Assembly (NCBI GenBank): GCA_963705105.1
Contig: CAVPIW010000010.1
Span: forward strand, 96,001 to 160,000
DNA length: 64,000 nucleotides
Reading direction: 5' to 3'
Source: an uncultured Nitrospiraceae bacterium
GTDB lineage: Bacteria; Nitrospirota; Thermodesulfovibrionia; Thermodesulfovibrionales; Dissulfurispiraceae
Shown here: positions 40,307-51,597 of the stretch, piece after piece
How the letters are laid out: every line of letters begins with the position of its first letter
Position numbering within the stretch: position 1 is the stretch's first letter
The notes under the pieces: generated by a model
The model's database searches: none
What the model saw: the letters and a program-made list of their open reading frames with translations, nothing else
Told to the model about the DNA's origin: nothing
Position numbers and translations under genes: made by a program

Positions 40307-42553
40307 ATGGCCGAAATAACTGAAGCGCTCCGGTTCACACCGAATGCGATAACCGTTCTCGAAAAGAGATACCTCAAGAAAAACGAAGAGGGCAAAATCA
40401 TGGAGACGCCGGACCATCTCTTCCGGCGCGTCGCCCGCCATGTGGCCTCGGCGGACTACCTCTACGGCAAGCCCGACGCCGAGGTGAAGCGGACGGAAGA
40501 GGAATTTTACGGCCTCATCACGTCCCTGGCCTTCCTCCCTAACAGCCCGACGCTCATGAACGCCGGCAGGAGGCTGGGCCAGCTCTCCGCCTGCTTCGTC
40601 CTGCCCGTCGATGACTCGATGGAGTCCATCTTCGACGGCGTCAAGCACGCCGCCATCATCCACAAGTCGGGAGGCGGCACGGGCTTCGGGTTCTCGCGGC
40701 TCAGGCCGAAGGGCGACGTCGTCGGCTCGACAAAGGGGATCTCCTCGGGGCCCATCTCCTTCATGACCGTCTTTGACACCGCCACCGAGGCCGTCAAGCA
40801 GGGAGGCACCCGGCGGGGCGCCAATATGGGCCTCCTCAGGGTCGACCACCCCGACATCCTCGATTTCATCACCTGCAAGGACAGCAACAGACGGCTGAAC
40901 AACTTCAACATCTCCGTGGGGCTGACAGAGGACTTCATGAAGGCCGTCGAGGAGAACACGGCCTATGACCTTATCAACCCGAGGACGAAGAAGGTCGTCA
41001 GCAGGCCCAAGGCCCGCCTGGTCTTCGAGACTATCGTGAAGCAGGCCTGGAAGAACGGCGAGCCGGGCATCGTCTTCCTCGACAGGATCAATGCCTGCAA
41101 TCCCACTCCGGACCTGGGCCAGATCGAGTCGACGAACCCCTGCGGCGAGCAGCCCCTCATGCCCTACGAGTCCTGCAACCTCGGGTCGATCAACCTCGCT
41201 CTCATGGTGACCACCGGCGATGAGGGCGACCGGACCGTCGACTGGGAGAGGCTCAGGGACACGACGTGGAGGGCCGTCCACTTCCTCGACAACGTCATCG
41301 ACGTGAACAAGTATCCCCTCAAGATGATCGAGCAGATGACGAAGGCGAACAGGAAGATCGGCCTCGGCATTATGGGCTGGGCCGACATGATCATCCAGCT
41401 CGGCATCCCCTACAACTCGCCCGACGCGATCCAGCTCGCCGAGGACGTCATGCAGTTCGTCCAGAACGAGGGCAGAAAGGCATCGTGCGCCCTCGCCGAG
41501 GAAAGGGGGACCTTCCCCAACTACGAGAAGAGCATCTACCGGGGGAAAACGCCCCTCCGGAACGCCACCGTCACGACGATCGCGCCGACAGGGACCCTCT
41601 CGATCATTGCCGGCTGCTCCTCGGGCATCGAGCCCCTCTTCGCCCTGTCTTTCGTCCGGACCGTCATGGAGGGAACGAAGCTGATCGAGGTAAACCCCCA
41701 CTTCGAGAGGGAGGCGAAACGCCGCGAGCTCTGGAGCAGGGAGCTCATGGAGAGGGTGGCAGAGACGGGCTCCATCGCCGGCTTCGAGGAATTCCCGGAA
41801 GATATGAAGGCCGTCTTTGTGACGGCCCATGACATCACGCCCGTCGACCACATCCGCATGCAGGGCGCCTTCCAGAAATACACCGACAACGCCGTCTCGA
41901 AGACCGTGAACTTTCCTCACACGGCAGAGACGAAGGACGTGGAGGACGTCTTCGTCCTCGCCTACCAGCTCGGGTGCAAGGGCGTGACCGTCTACCGTGA
42001 CGGGTCGCGGGAGGAACAGGTGCTGAGCAAGAAGAAGGCCGAGGAGAAGTCCCAGGGCGAGGGAAGGGAGAAAGTCGTCCCGAAGAAACGGCCCTCGGTG
42101 ATCCGGGGATCGACGCGGCTCATGAAGACGGGCTGCGGCAACCTCTACATCACGATCAACGAGGACCAGGACGGCCGGGCCTTCGAGGTCTTCACCAACA
42201 TCGGCAAGGCCGGCGGGTGCGCGGCGAGCCAGGCCGAGGCGATCGGCCGCCTCATCTCCCTGGCGCTCCGGTCGAACATCGAGCCCGAGGAGATCGTCAA
42301 GCAGCTCAAGGGCATTTCCTGCCACCAGCCCTCGTGGTACGAAGGGGGGCGGGTGCTGTCATGCTCGGACTCGATCGCCAAGGCCCTCGAAAAGTACCAG
42401 CCCCTTACGCCTTCGAACGGGGAGAAGGGAAACGGCAAGACCACCTACCAGGCGGTCATGATCATCGGCGCCTGTCCCGAGTGCGGCGGCGCCGTCCAGC
42501 ACGAGGAGGGCTGCGCCAAATGCTACACCTGCGGATACACCAAGTGCGGGTAA
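40307..42553 (+). CDS. nrdJ: adenosylcobalamin-dependent (class II) ribonucleotide reductase with C-terminal TSCPD/Zn-ribbon
   Basis: FLPNSPTLMNAG, SACFVL, TNPCGEQPL..YESCNLGS, TIAPTGT, KGVTVYRDGSR, terminal CPEC/CYTC/KC. Confidence 0.93.
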   Translation: MAEITEALRFTPNAITVLEKRYLKKNEEGKIMETPDHLFRRVARHVASADYLYGKPDAEVKRTEEEFYGLITSLAFLPNSPTLMNAGRRLGQLSACFVLPVDDSMESIFDGVKHAAIIHKSGGGTGFGFSRLRPKGDVVGSTKGISSGPISFMTVFDTATEAVKQGGTRRGANMGLLRVDHPDILDFITCKDSNRRLNNFNISVGLTEDFMKAVEENTAYDLINPRTKKVVSRPKARLVFETIVKQAWKNGEPGIVFLDRINACNPTPDLGQIESTNPCGEQPLMPYESCNLGSINLALMVTTGDEGDRTVDWERLRDTTWRAVHFLDNVIDVNKYPLKMIEQMTKANRKIGLGIMGWADMIIQLGIPYNSPDAIQLAEDVMQFVQNEGRKASCALAEERGTFPNYEKSIYRGKTPLRNATVTTIAPTGTLSIIAGCSSGIEPLFALSFVRTVMEGTKLIEVNPHFEREAKRRELWSRELMERVAETGSIAGFEEFPEDMKAVFVTAHDITPVDHIRMQGAFQKYTDNAVSKTVNFPHTAETKDVEDVFVLAYQLGCKGVTVYRDGSREEQVLSKKKAEEKSQGEGREKVVPKKRPSVIRGSTRLMKTGCGNLYITINEDQDGRAFEVFTNIGKAGGCAASQAEAIGRLISLALRSNIEPEEIVKQLKGISCHQPSWYEGGRVLSCSDSIAKALEKYQPLTPSNGEKGNGKTTYQAVMIIGACPECGGAVQHEEGCAKCYTCGYTKCG

Positions 42554-42563
42554 GGAGGGCCAT

Positions 42564-42938
42564 ATGCCCCTGACATCGAAGCGGTGCGCCGCTTCCCAAT
42601 CCATGCACGACCAGATGGTGAGGACCCGGGCTTATGACCTGCGTGCGCAGGGGTATGCCGTCTCCGCCGACTTGCCCGGTTTTTCGCTGCCGCCGGCAGT
42701 GCTCGGCCGCAGGCCGGACATCCTCGCCGTAAACGGCACGTCGGCGATCATCGTCGAAGCGAAGACCGCCGACACCCTCTGCTCGGACCACACGCGGGAG
42801 CAGTTCCGTTCTTTTTCCGCCCGCCCCGGGACGGAATTCCATGTCGTCGTGCCCCGGAGCTGTCTCTTCGATGCCCTCATATGGGCGTCGGCCTGGGATG
42901 TGCGGGTCGATGAATGGTGGACGCACCAGGGGTACTGA
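42564..42938 (+). CDS. small PD-(D/E)XK nuclease-fold protein
   Basis: RPDILA...IIVEAKT; SD AGGAGG overlapping the nrdJ stop. Confidence 0.55.
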   Translation: MPLTSKRCAASQSMHDQMVRTRAYDLRAQGYAVSADLPGFSLPPAVLGRRPDILAVNGTSAIIVEAKTADTLCSDHTREQFRSFSARPGTEFHVVVPRSCLFDALIWASAWDVRVDEWWTHQGY

Positions 42939-43026
42939 TAGTTGAGTGCTCCTTCAAGCGGTTTGCACAAAGGTTGAAACATTTCAACCGGAGGTGTAGA
43001 TTATAGACAAAACAGTCAAGACACAT

Positions 43027-46000
43027 ATGTCCATGAGAGAACAGGAGAAAAGACGAGGCTCCGACCTCTTCATCGTCGACAACAGTGACGACCTTTGGAA
43101 GGTCAAACACTACCTTCACGAGTGGGCCGACATCTCCACCCAGTTCGACATTGCCACGGGATTCTTCGAAATCGGCGCCCTGCTTGCACTTGAAGGCCAG
43201 TGGCAGAAGCTCGACAAACTCCGCATCCTCATGGGTGACGAGGTCTCGTTCCGCACCAAGAAGGCCCTCCAGGAAGGCATCCAGTCTGCAAAGCAGAAGC
43301 TCGATCAAAGCATAGAGAACGAGAAGGAGAAGAACGACTTCCTCGCGGGCGTCCCGGCAATCGTCGATGCCTTAGGGAAAGGGCAGATCGAATGCCGCAT
43401 CTACAACAAAGAGAAATTCCACGCCAAAGCCTATATCACCCACTCAAAACTCGCCGTCGTCGGCTCAGCCGCACTCGTTGGATCCAGCAACTTCACCAAT
43501 CCCGGTCTAACAAACAACGTTGAACTGAACATCCAGATCCGGCGTGAGGTTGAAGTGCTCCAGGAATGGTTTGAACGCCATTGGAAAGATGCCGAAGAGA
43601 TTACTCCCGAAATACTCAAGGTCATCGAGCGGCACATCCGCGAATATACTCCTTTTGAGGTCTATGCGAAAGCCCTTCAGGAGTACTTTAGAACGTACGA
43701 GATGACACCCTCCGCTTGGGAGCAGACAGAGTCAAAGATGTACCCTATCCTTGACCAGTACCAGAAAGAAGGGTACCAGGCGCTCGTGAAAATTGCGCGG
43801 CAGTATGGCGGTGCCTTCATCTGTGACGGCGTCGGTCTGGGCAAGACCTTCGTCGGCCTCATGCTCATTGAGCGGCTCGTCATGCACGAAAGAAAGAGGG
43901 TGGCCCTATTTGTGCCGAAGGCCACTCGTGCAGACGTTTGGGAGAGGGACATCAGACGCTACCTCTCCCATGTCGGCGGCATACGAGGAGGCGATTTCAG
44001 CAACCTCGTTATTTTCAACCACACAGACCTCAACAGATCCGGCGATTTCCCCTATCGGTTCGAGCGCATCAAGGAACTTGCAGACGCTATTGTGATTGAC
44101 GAGGCCCACCACTTCAGGAACCCTGGCTTCAGGGGAATAGGGGGGCGCATCAAAGGGACAAAGGAGCGCAAACTATCGCGTTACTGGTACCTCTATGACC
44201 TCCTTGAGAGCGGAAAGTGCTCTAAAGAAGTCTACATGCTCACCGCCACCCCCATTAACAACTGGCTTGACGATTTCCGTCACATGGTGGAACTCTATAC
44301 GCGCCTTCGGGATGACTACTTCAAATCTTCACTCGGCATCCACTCTTTGAAGGGGCATTTCATCAGGATGGAGAAGGACTTGAAGAAGACACTGGGCAGC
44401 GAGAGCCCCGGTCAGGTCACCGAGATCAACCTGTTAGAGGCCGAACGAGCCCTCTCGTCAGACAGCCTGTTCCAGGCACTCGTTGTGCAACGGAGCCGCG
44501 CATACGCCAAAGAGAGCCAGTTCAAGCAGAAGGGCACCGCAGCGATTTTTCCGGAAAGGCAAGACCCCCAGGTGGCCGACTACTCCGTGAAGAAAACATA
44601 CGGGCGGCTTCTGTCATTGGTCGAGACAGCATTTGTGAAAGATAAACCACTCTTTGTCCTGGGTATTTACTACCCCCTCGCGTACTATAAAGGGCCCGAC
44701 ACTTCCGTTGATCCCTTTGTCAAAAACCGACAGAAGCAACTGATCGGCCTGATACGCACCCAGTTCCTGAAGCGATTTGAAAGCGCGGCACACGCCTTTG
44801 AGCGCTCCTGTGACAGGCTCCTCCTCAAGCTACTTTCCTGGGCGACAAAGCACAGTGAGTCCGACGCCGAGAAACGCCATCTTGATCGCTGGATGGCACA
44901 GCGCGCAGAGACCATCGATTATGTCCGGCAGAGACAAAAGGAGCTCTTCGGCGACGACGAGGAACTTGACGAAGACATCGTCACGGAAGAGATGCTTGAA
45001 GATGTCCAGCAGCTCAACAGGGACGAATACAAGGTCGATGAGATCCTCGACGACACCTACCTCGACATGGACGAAATCTGCAAGTTCCTCGAGGAACTGC
45101 GGAAATTTGAGCCGAAACATGACGACAAGCTCAAGGCCCTCATCAAGCTCCTGAAGACCGACCCCGTTTTGAAGAAAGAGAAAGTCCTCATCTTCTCCGA
45201 GTTTGCCGAGACGGCCCGCTACCTCCATAAGCAGCTCCGGGAAGCCGGTATTCCCGGTGTCGAACAGATCGATAGCGGCACAAAGAGAGACCGCAGCGAC
45301 ATTATCCAGAGGTTCTCGCCCTACTATAACGGCACCTCAAGCGCAGAGATAATGGATGCCGGTAAGGAAGAGATCAGGGTCCTCATTTCCACTGATGTGC
45401 TTTCAGAGGGCTTGAACCTTCAGGATGCCACAAGACTTATCAACTACGATCTTCACTGGAACCCTGTCCGCCTCATGCAGAGGATCGGCCGTGTCGACCG
45501 ACGCATGAACCCCGAGACTGAGCAAATAATACTTCAGGACCACCCGGAACAGAAAGACCTCAGGGGCAAGGTCGCCTACTGGAATTTTCTTCCCCCCGAA
45601 GAGCTCGACGATCTCCTGAAACTCTATGCCCGAGTCTCTCACAAGACACTGCGCATCTCAAAAACCTTCGGCATCGAGGGCAAGAAGCTCCTGACACCCC
45701 ACGACCACTTTGAAGCTCTGAAAGAGTTCAACCATGCCTATGAGGGAACGACGACCCCTGTTGAGAAGATGCACCTTGAGTACCAGCAACTGTTGATCGA
45801 CAACCCCGACCTGCCTGAGCGTCTTGCCTTGTTGCCGGGCCGGGTCTTCAGCGGGAAACAACACCCCAAACCGGGGACCAAGGCAGTCTTCTTCTGCTAC
45901 GCGCTTCCCGGTCCGGCTGCCACCCATGACGGAGACGGCAATGAGTGCGAGGTGTGGACAGACGAGGCCGGTGTCACGCGGTGGTATCTCTACGACGTTC

Positions 46001-46209
46001 AAAGGGAGGCGATCATGGAGGACCCCACGGAAATCGTGGAGTTCATACGGTGCAAACCTGATACCCCGCGGCACAGGACGCTCCCCGAGCAAAATCTGTC
46101 GCAGATCAGGGTCTCCATTGAGAAACACATCAAGAATACATACTTCAAACGCATTATGGCCCCTGTTGGAGTCAGGGCAACGTTGAAAGCCTGGATGGAG
46201 CTTTCCTAA
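43027..46209 (+). CDS. PLD-domain SNF2-like helicase
   Basis: FHAKAYI...GSSNFT (PLD); DGVGLGKT, DEAHH, LTATP; HELICc SEGLNLQ, WNPVRLMQRIGRVDR. Confidence 0.9.
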   Translation: MSMREQEKRRGSDLFIVDNSDDLWKVKHYLHEWADISTQFDIATGFFEIGALLALEGQWQKLDKLRILMGDEVSFRTKKALQEGIQSAKQKLDQSIENEKEKNDFLAGVPAIVDALGKGQIECRIYNKEKFHAKAYITHSKLAVVGSAALVGSSNFTNPGLTNNVELNIQIRREVEVLQEWFERHWKDAEEITPEILKVIERHIREYTPFEVYAKALQEYFRTYEMTPSAWEQTESKMYPILDQYQKEGYQALVKIARQYGGAFICDGVGLGKTFVGLMLIERLVMHERKRVALFVPKATRADVWERDIRRYLSHVGGIRGGDFSNLVIFNHTDLNRSGDFPYRFERIKELADAIVIDEAHHFRNPGFRGIGGRIKGTKERKLSRYWYLYDLLESGKCSKEVYMLTATPINNWLDDFRHMVELYTRLRDDYFKSSLGIHSLKGHFIRMEKDLKKTLGSESPGQVTEINLLEAERALSSDSLFQALVVQRSRAYAKESQFKQKGTAAIFPERQDPQVADYSVKKTYGRLLSLVETAFVKDKPLFVLGIYYPLAYYKGPDTSVDPFVKNRQKQLIGLIRTQFLKRFESAAHAFERSCDRLLLKLLSWATKHSESDAEKRHLDRWMAQRAETIDYVRQRQKELFGDDEELDEDIVTEEMLEDVQQLNRDEYKVDEILDDTYLDMDEICKFLEELRKFEPKHDDKLKALIKLLKTDPVLKKEKVLIFSEFAETARYLHKQLREAGIPGVEQIDSGTKRDRSDIIQRFSPYYNGTSSAEIMDAGKEEIRVLISTDVLSEGLNLQDATRLINYDLHWNPVRLMQRIGRVDRRMNPETEQIILQDHPEQKDLRGKVAYWNFLPPEELDDLLKLYARVSHKTLRISKTFGIEGKKLLTPHDHFEALKEFNHAYEGTTTPVEKMHLEYQQLLIDNPDLPERLALLPGRVFSGKQHPKPGTKAVFFCYALPGPAATHDGDGNECEVWTDEAGVTRWYLYDVQREAIMEDPTEIVEFIRCKPDTPRHRTLPEQNLSQIRVSIEKHIKNTYFKRIMAPVGVRATLKAWMELS

Positions 46210-46216
46210 AGGAGCG

Positions 46217-49200
46217 ATGATTATGATCTCAGACGAAGTCGAACGTCTCCGCTCCATTAGAACATTCCCCTCTCTGGTGAAATACCTCCGGGACAAGCTC
46301 GACTGGCCTATTGAATCAGATGACTTTGAAGACCTCACGTATGACTACGAGCCTGAAGAGCTCGGGCTGGACGCCGGGACCGCCGTCAAACTCAAAGAAA
46401 TAAAACAGCTCCGTCCTCTCATCTCGAAGCAGCCCTGGGGCATTTTCTTCATCAACTTCGAGCCGAAGACTCTCCCTATCGTCGTGTTGCGCCGTATCCT
46501 CCGCTCCCTTGTCATCAAGAAACGCGCTTCTGCCCAGAGGGCGTATCAGGCAACCTGGAACCTTCATGATCTCCTGTTCATCTCGTCATATGGTCAGTCC
46601 GAGCAAAGGGAGATCACCTTTGCCCATTTCAGCGAACCGGCAAATCGCCTTTTCGGCGACCTACCAACGCTTCGGGTCCTCGGGTGGGATGCTGAAGACA
46701 CCGTCCTCAAGCTCGACTACGTCGTACAGATGCTCTCCGACAAACTGCGCTGGCCCGATGATGAGAAGGACATCGAAGGCTGGCGGAAAAGATGGTCTGA
46801 TGCGTTCGTACTGCGTCCCCGGGAAGTGATAAAGACATCAAAGCAGTTGGCTGTCCGGCTGGCCGATCTCGCCAAGAGCATCCGTCAGAGAGCGAACCTT
46901 GTTCTTCATGTTGAGTCAGAAAGTGGTCCTCTGAGAAAACTGCACGAGGCGTTCAAGACGGCGCTCATTCATGATTTGACGCAAGACGATTTCGCGGATA
47001 TGTATGCTCAGACCATCACATACGGGCTTCTCGCTGCCAGAATGTCACGCCCTGTTGGGGTCATCGCCGACAATCTGAAAGACATGGTCCCGATAACGAA
47101 TCCCTTCCTCAGGGACATGATGGGCACCTTCCTCACCGTCGGTGGACGGAAAGGCAAGATCGACTTTGATGAACTGGGGATACAAGAGGTCGTCGACCTG
47201 TTGAACAACCCCGATACACACATGGACGATGTCCTGCGCGATTTCGGCAACCTCAGAATGCAGGAAGACCCCGTCATTCACTTCTATGAGGACTTCCTGC
47301 GTGAGTACGACAAGAAGAAGAAGGTCCAAAGAGGCGTCTTCTTCACCCCCCGCCCTGTGGTCTCCTACATTGTACGGAGCGTTGACGAGTTGCTGAAGGC
47401 GGAATTCGGTCTTGAAGACGGCCTTGCCTCGACAGTGTCATGGGGTGAGATGGTCGAGAGACATCCGGATATCAAGATTCCCGAGGGTGTGTCACCGAAT
47501 GAACTATTTGTCCAGATACTCGATCCCGCTACCGGCACAGCCACATTCCTTGTTGAAGTCATCGAGGTCATATATAACACGATGATTGACAAGTGGAAAA
47601 AGGAAGGCCACATGGCGCTGGAAGTGCCGGTGCTATGGAATGAATATGTTCCGAAGCATCTTCTTCCCCGTCTCTACGGTTTTGAGCTAATGATGGCACC
47701 CTATGCTATCGCACACATGAAAATTGGATTGAAACTCGCCGAGACCGGCTATCGTTTTGGTAGTGAGGAACGGGCACATATTTATTTGACGAACAGCCTG
47801 GAGCCCTCGACTGACGCAGCGGAACAACCGTTATTTGAAGAATGGGCACCGGCTCTGGCTCACGAGGCGAAAGCGGTTAATAGGATTAAGAAGCAAAAGC
47901 GGTTCACGGTTGTAATCGGAAATCCACCGTATGCCAAGTTGTCTGCAAATCGCTCACTGCTGCCGAGTCACTTGTTGAAATTTACAAGCGCCTAGTTCCT
48001 GATGAACGTAATGTTCAGCCACTCTCAGATGACTACGTTAAGTTTATAGCCTATGGCGTTTCCCTTCTGACACAAAGCTCTCAGGGTGTTTTGTCCGTCA
48101 TCACCAATCGCGGATGGCTTGACGGATTGATACATAGAGGGATGCGGGCCTCGGTCCTCGAGCATTTTGATCGAGTATTCATATTGGACTGCCACGGAGA
48201 CAGCAATGTGGGTGAGGCTGTTCCTTTAGGATTTGATAACGAAAATGTGTTTGAGATTCAACAGGGTGTTTCAGTGTCCTGCTTTTTACGCAGAGGCCGA
48301 AATTCAACAATGGCTGATGTATGGCGGGGTGACTTGTGGGGTTCAAGGGCCGATAAATACTCCAGGCTACTGGCTGGCACAGCGATTTCATGTACGCACA
48401 AGATCATTGACCCCAAGCCGCCAAATTTCTTCTTTAAGCAACCGAATAATCAAATGGACACTGATATATATAACGTATTTTGGCCTGTCACCGATCTGTT
48501 TGGTACAGGTAATCCAAAAACAGATCAGGGCAAGGCATATGGTAATGGTATCAAATCCAACAGAGATTCCTTGCTCGTAGACTTCGATCGACACAACTTG
48601 CTTTCCCGTATGAAAAGACTCTCGGACTTATCAGTTCATGAAGAAGTGGTGCGAAAGGAACTAGATTTGGAGGACGGGCCATACTGGAACACATACAGAG
48701 AAAGAAGAAAAATAGATATAGCAAAAGCCACAGCGTATCTGATGCGCGTCACCTATCGGCCTTTCGATGATCGTTGGATGTGGTACCAGCCCGACCTGAT
48801 TCAGATTGGCCGGGGCGGAGCGAGCCCTGGAGTAATGCGCAACCTGATCACCATAGATAATAACTTAGCGCTTCTGACTTCCAGAAATTCACAGAGTCCG
48901 TCTTTTTCATCAGCATTCTGTACACGTCACATTTCCGAGATGAAGACAGCCGAATCTACTCGGGCATCATACTGCTTCCCACTATTTGTTTGCACCGAAG
49001 ATTCAGGCGGCCTTTTTTGCAATGGGCGGAGAGCTAATCTATCACCGGTATTCTTGGAAGATCTTCACAGGTCGCTCCAGCTGGAAACAGAAAGTGTGAC
49101 TGCTGAACAAGTAATCTCCTTCATATACTCAATCCTTTATAGTCCCACCTATCGCATTCGATACCGTGAGTTTCTGAAGATTGACTTTCCGCATATTCCG

Positions 49201-49947
49201 ATTCCCACCAGCATCAGCTTGTTCGGGGAGCTTGCTTGTGTTGGCGGTGAACTCATCGCACTACACTTGCTGGAGTCGCCTCTGCTCGATCACTTCATTA
49301 CCACTTATATCGGCCCAAAGAAACCTGAAGTTGTTCGAGTTGGCTGGTCGGACAACACGGTCTGGTTCGACGCCACCGCGACGAGGAAGGGACAGCCGGC
49401 AACTCCAGGCACCATCGGTTTCCGCGGCGTGCCCGAGGAGGTGTGGAATTTCCACATTGGCGGCTACCAGGTCTGCGAGAAGTGGCTCAAAGACCGCAAA
49501 GGCCGTGTGCTCTCCGAAGACGATATTGCCCACTATCAGAAAATCGTCGTCGCCATTAACGAGACAATTCGGGTCATGAAGGAGATTGACGAAGTCATCG
49601 AGCGTCATGGCGGCTGGCCTGATGCGTTTCTCAATAAGAGTGCGGCCGCGGAGAACGAAGATCCGGAAGGATCGGCCCCCTCGTCTGTCTCTGAGAAACA
49701 GGACCAATACGTCGCCACAAAACAGACGACAGCCGCCAAGAAACCTCCTTTCCCGAAAAACAACTGGAAAGTCTGGCTTAACGTCGCCAAATGGATTAAA
49801 GAGACGAAATGCCTGAACTCTTATTGGATCGATTTCGGGCATACAATCAGCACGGCTATCAAGAATCACCGTACTCTTAATGACAAACAAGTGACAGAAA
49901 TGAAAAAACTCTGGGATATGGCCGTAAAGAAAGGGTTTCGAGCATGA
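46217..49947 (+). CDS. N6-adenine DNA methyltransferase with Type ISP-like C-terminal specificity domain; frameshift near 47956
   Basis: FYEDFL..YD, GVFFTPRPVV, LDPATGTATF, VIGNPPY; second frame LSDDYVKFI, YRPFD, IDFPHIP, IGGYQVCEKWLKDRK. Confidence 0.85.
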
Positions 49948-51087
49948 GTATTTTACTTTTCAGCAGATTCATGCAAAAGACCCACAAATATGAAAGTGCC
50001 ATAGGTATCTGGAGGCCATGAGTTGGGCAGAGCAGAGGATATTTACAGAAGAATTGTTCAAGCAGGGGAATCAGCAATCCAGCAGTTTGTCGAAGACCGA
50101 GAAGTGGAATCTATGTTCCTTGACTTCAAGCGGTCAGCTAACGACGGGGATGGGACCAAACTCGATAGGAGGGACAGGGAGAATCTCGCCAAGGCGATCT
50201 CAGGATTCGGCAACTCGGGAGGTGGCGTGATTGTATGGGGAGTTGACTGCAGAAAAACATCAAACGGAGCTGACGTGGCTTGTGAGACAAGACCTATCAG
50301 AGATGCAAAGCGATTCATAAGTTGGCTGCAGGCTGCTGTCTCTGGTTGTACCATACCTGCTCACGGCGGAGTTCAGCATGAAGCAATTCTGATTAATGAC
50401 AGCGGTGATGGATACGCGGTGACTTTAATACCGGAGAGTGATCTGGCTCCGCATCAAGAACTAATAAAAGAGAACTATTATATACGGGCAGGATCATCGT
50501 TTCAGCGAACGCCCCATTCGGTCATCTCTGGGCTGTTTGGAAGGAAACCATCTCCCAATGTCTTCTTCAGCTTCGGTCTAAAACCGCCAGCTTTCCAGCC
50601 AGATTCAAAGAATGATGAACTGATAATTATTCCTTCTTTACATCCCGCTATAGAGGGGATCTCTGTGACAATCGACCTCATGGTTAGAAATGGGGGCCGT
50701 GGCATGGCATATGATCCCTTCGTGGAATTGATGGATGGCTCGCGTCCTGGCATAAACTGTCGTATTCATATGATTGAAATGGATACGGAAAACTGGATTA
50801 TTCAGAGGCCACACGCCAATGTATTGATTCTCGTCGGGAAGAGAGAGATGCGCATTGTGCCAGGGTCATATGTTCTGCCAATCAAACTTGATATATTCCT
50901 TTCTCCTCCTTTTGATAAGGATCTTTGGATCATCGGCAGGTGCGGTTCCGGAAATGGACCGACTCACAAATTTGAGATGCGTCATGCCGCCCAAGCGCTA
51001 TTGGAATGGTATTCCCCTCTGTGTCAATATAACTGAGACACCTCCCCTATAGTAAATTAGAGTAGAGGGCGGGGAGGAATAGACAAC

Positions 51088-51597
51088 ATGATAGCTGAAG
51101 AGATGAGAGCAACCGAGGGACTGGAGATGCTTTTGATGGAGACGGAGAACTTGAAGAGAGAGGCTGTGGGGGCGAAACAAGCCGGATATCCGTTGGTGCC
51201 GGCGAGCACGACTCCTGACCCCGAGGTAGCAGACAAGGCCACCCGGCGGCGCTTTCCTGCTGAGTACAAGCTTCGCATATTGAAGCAGGCCGATGCGTGC
51301 ACCGACCCGGGGAGTCTGGGAGCGCTTCTTCGTCGTGAGGGACTGTATTCGTCGAACCTGACGACCTGGCGCCGCCAGAGGGCGCAGGGAGTGCTCTCTG
51401 CACTTGCCCCCAAGAAGCGTGGACGCAAGGAGACCGTGCGCAATCCACTCATTGAGGAAAATGAGAAACTTCGCCGGGACAATGAGCGGCTGAGGGATCG
51501 CCTGAGACGAGCCGAGATCATCATTGACGTTCAAAAAAAAGTATCCCAGATGTTGGGGGCACCCCTGGAGGGGACCGACGAGGGAGGCAACGACTGA
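51088..51597 (+). CDS. IS3 family transposase OrfA
   Basis: RRRFPAEYKLRIL, LLRREGLYSSNLTTWR, leucine zipper, IIDVQKKV. Confidence 0.9.
   Translation: MIAEEMRATEGLEMLLMETENLKREAVGAKQAGYPLVPASTTPDPEVADKATRRRFPAEYKLRILKQADACTDPGSLGALLRREGLYSSNLTTWRRQRAQGVLSALAPKKRGRKETVRNPLIEENEKLRRDNERLRDRLRRAEIIIDVQKKVSQMLGAPLEGTDEGGND

Noticed and set aside
40292..42325. Long antisense ORFs (also 3413..4741, 9890..10855, 13228..14415, 38611..39882, 57943..59205)
   Set aside because: Shadows of real genes caused by GC-rich codon bias; no motifs.
50018..50230. Frameshift at the start of the AlbA_2 gene
   Set aside because: TTG 50023 is properly spaced (7 nt) from GGAGG, while ATG 50018 is too close.
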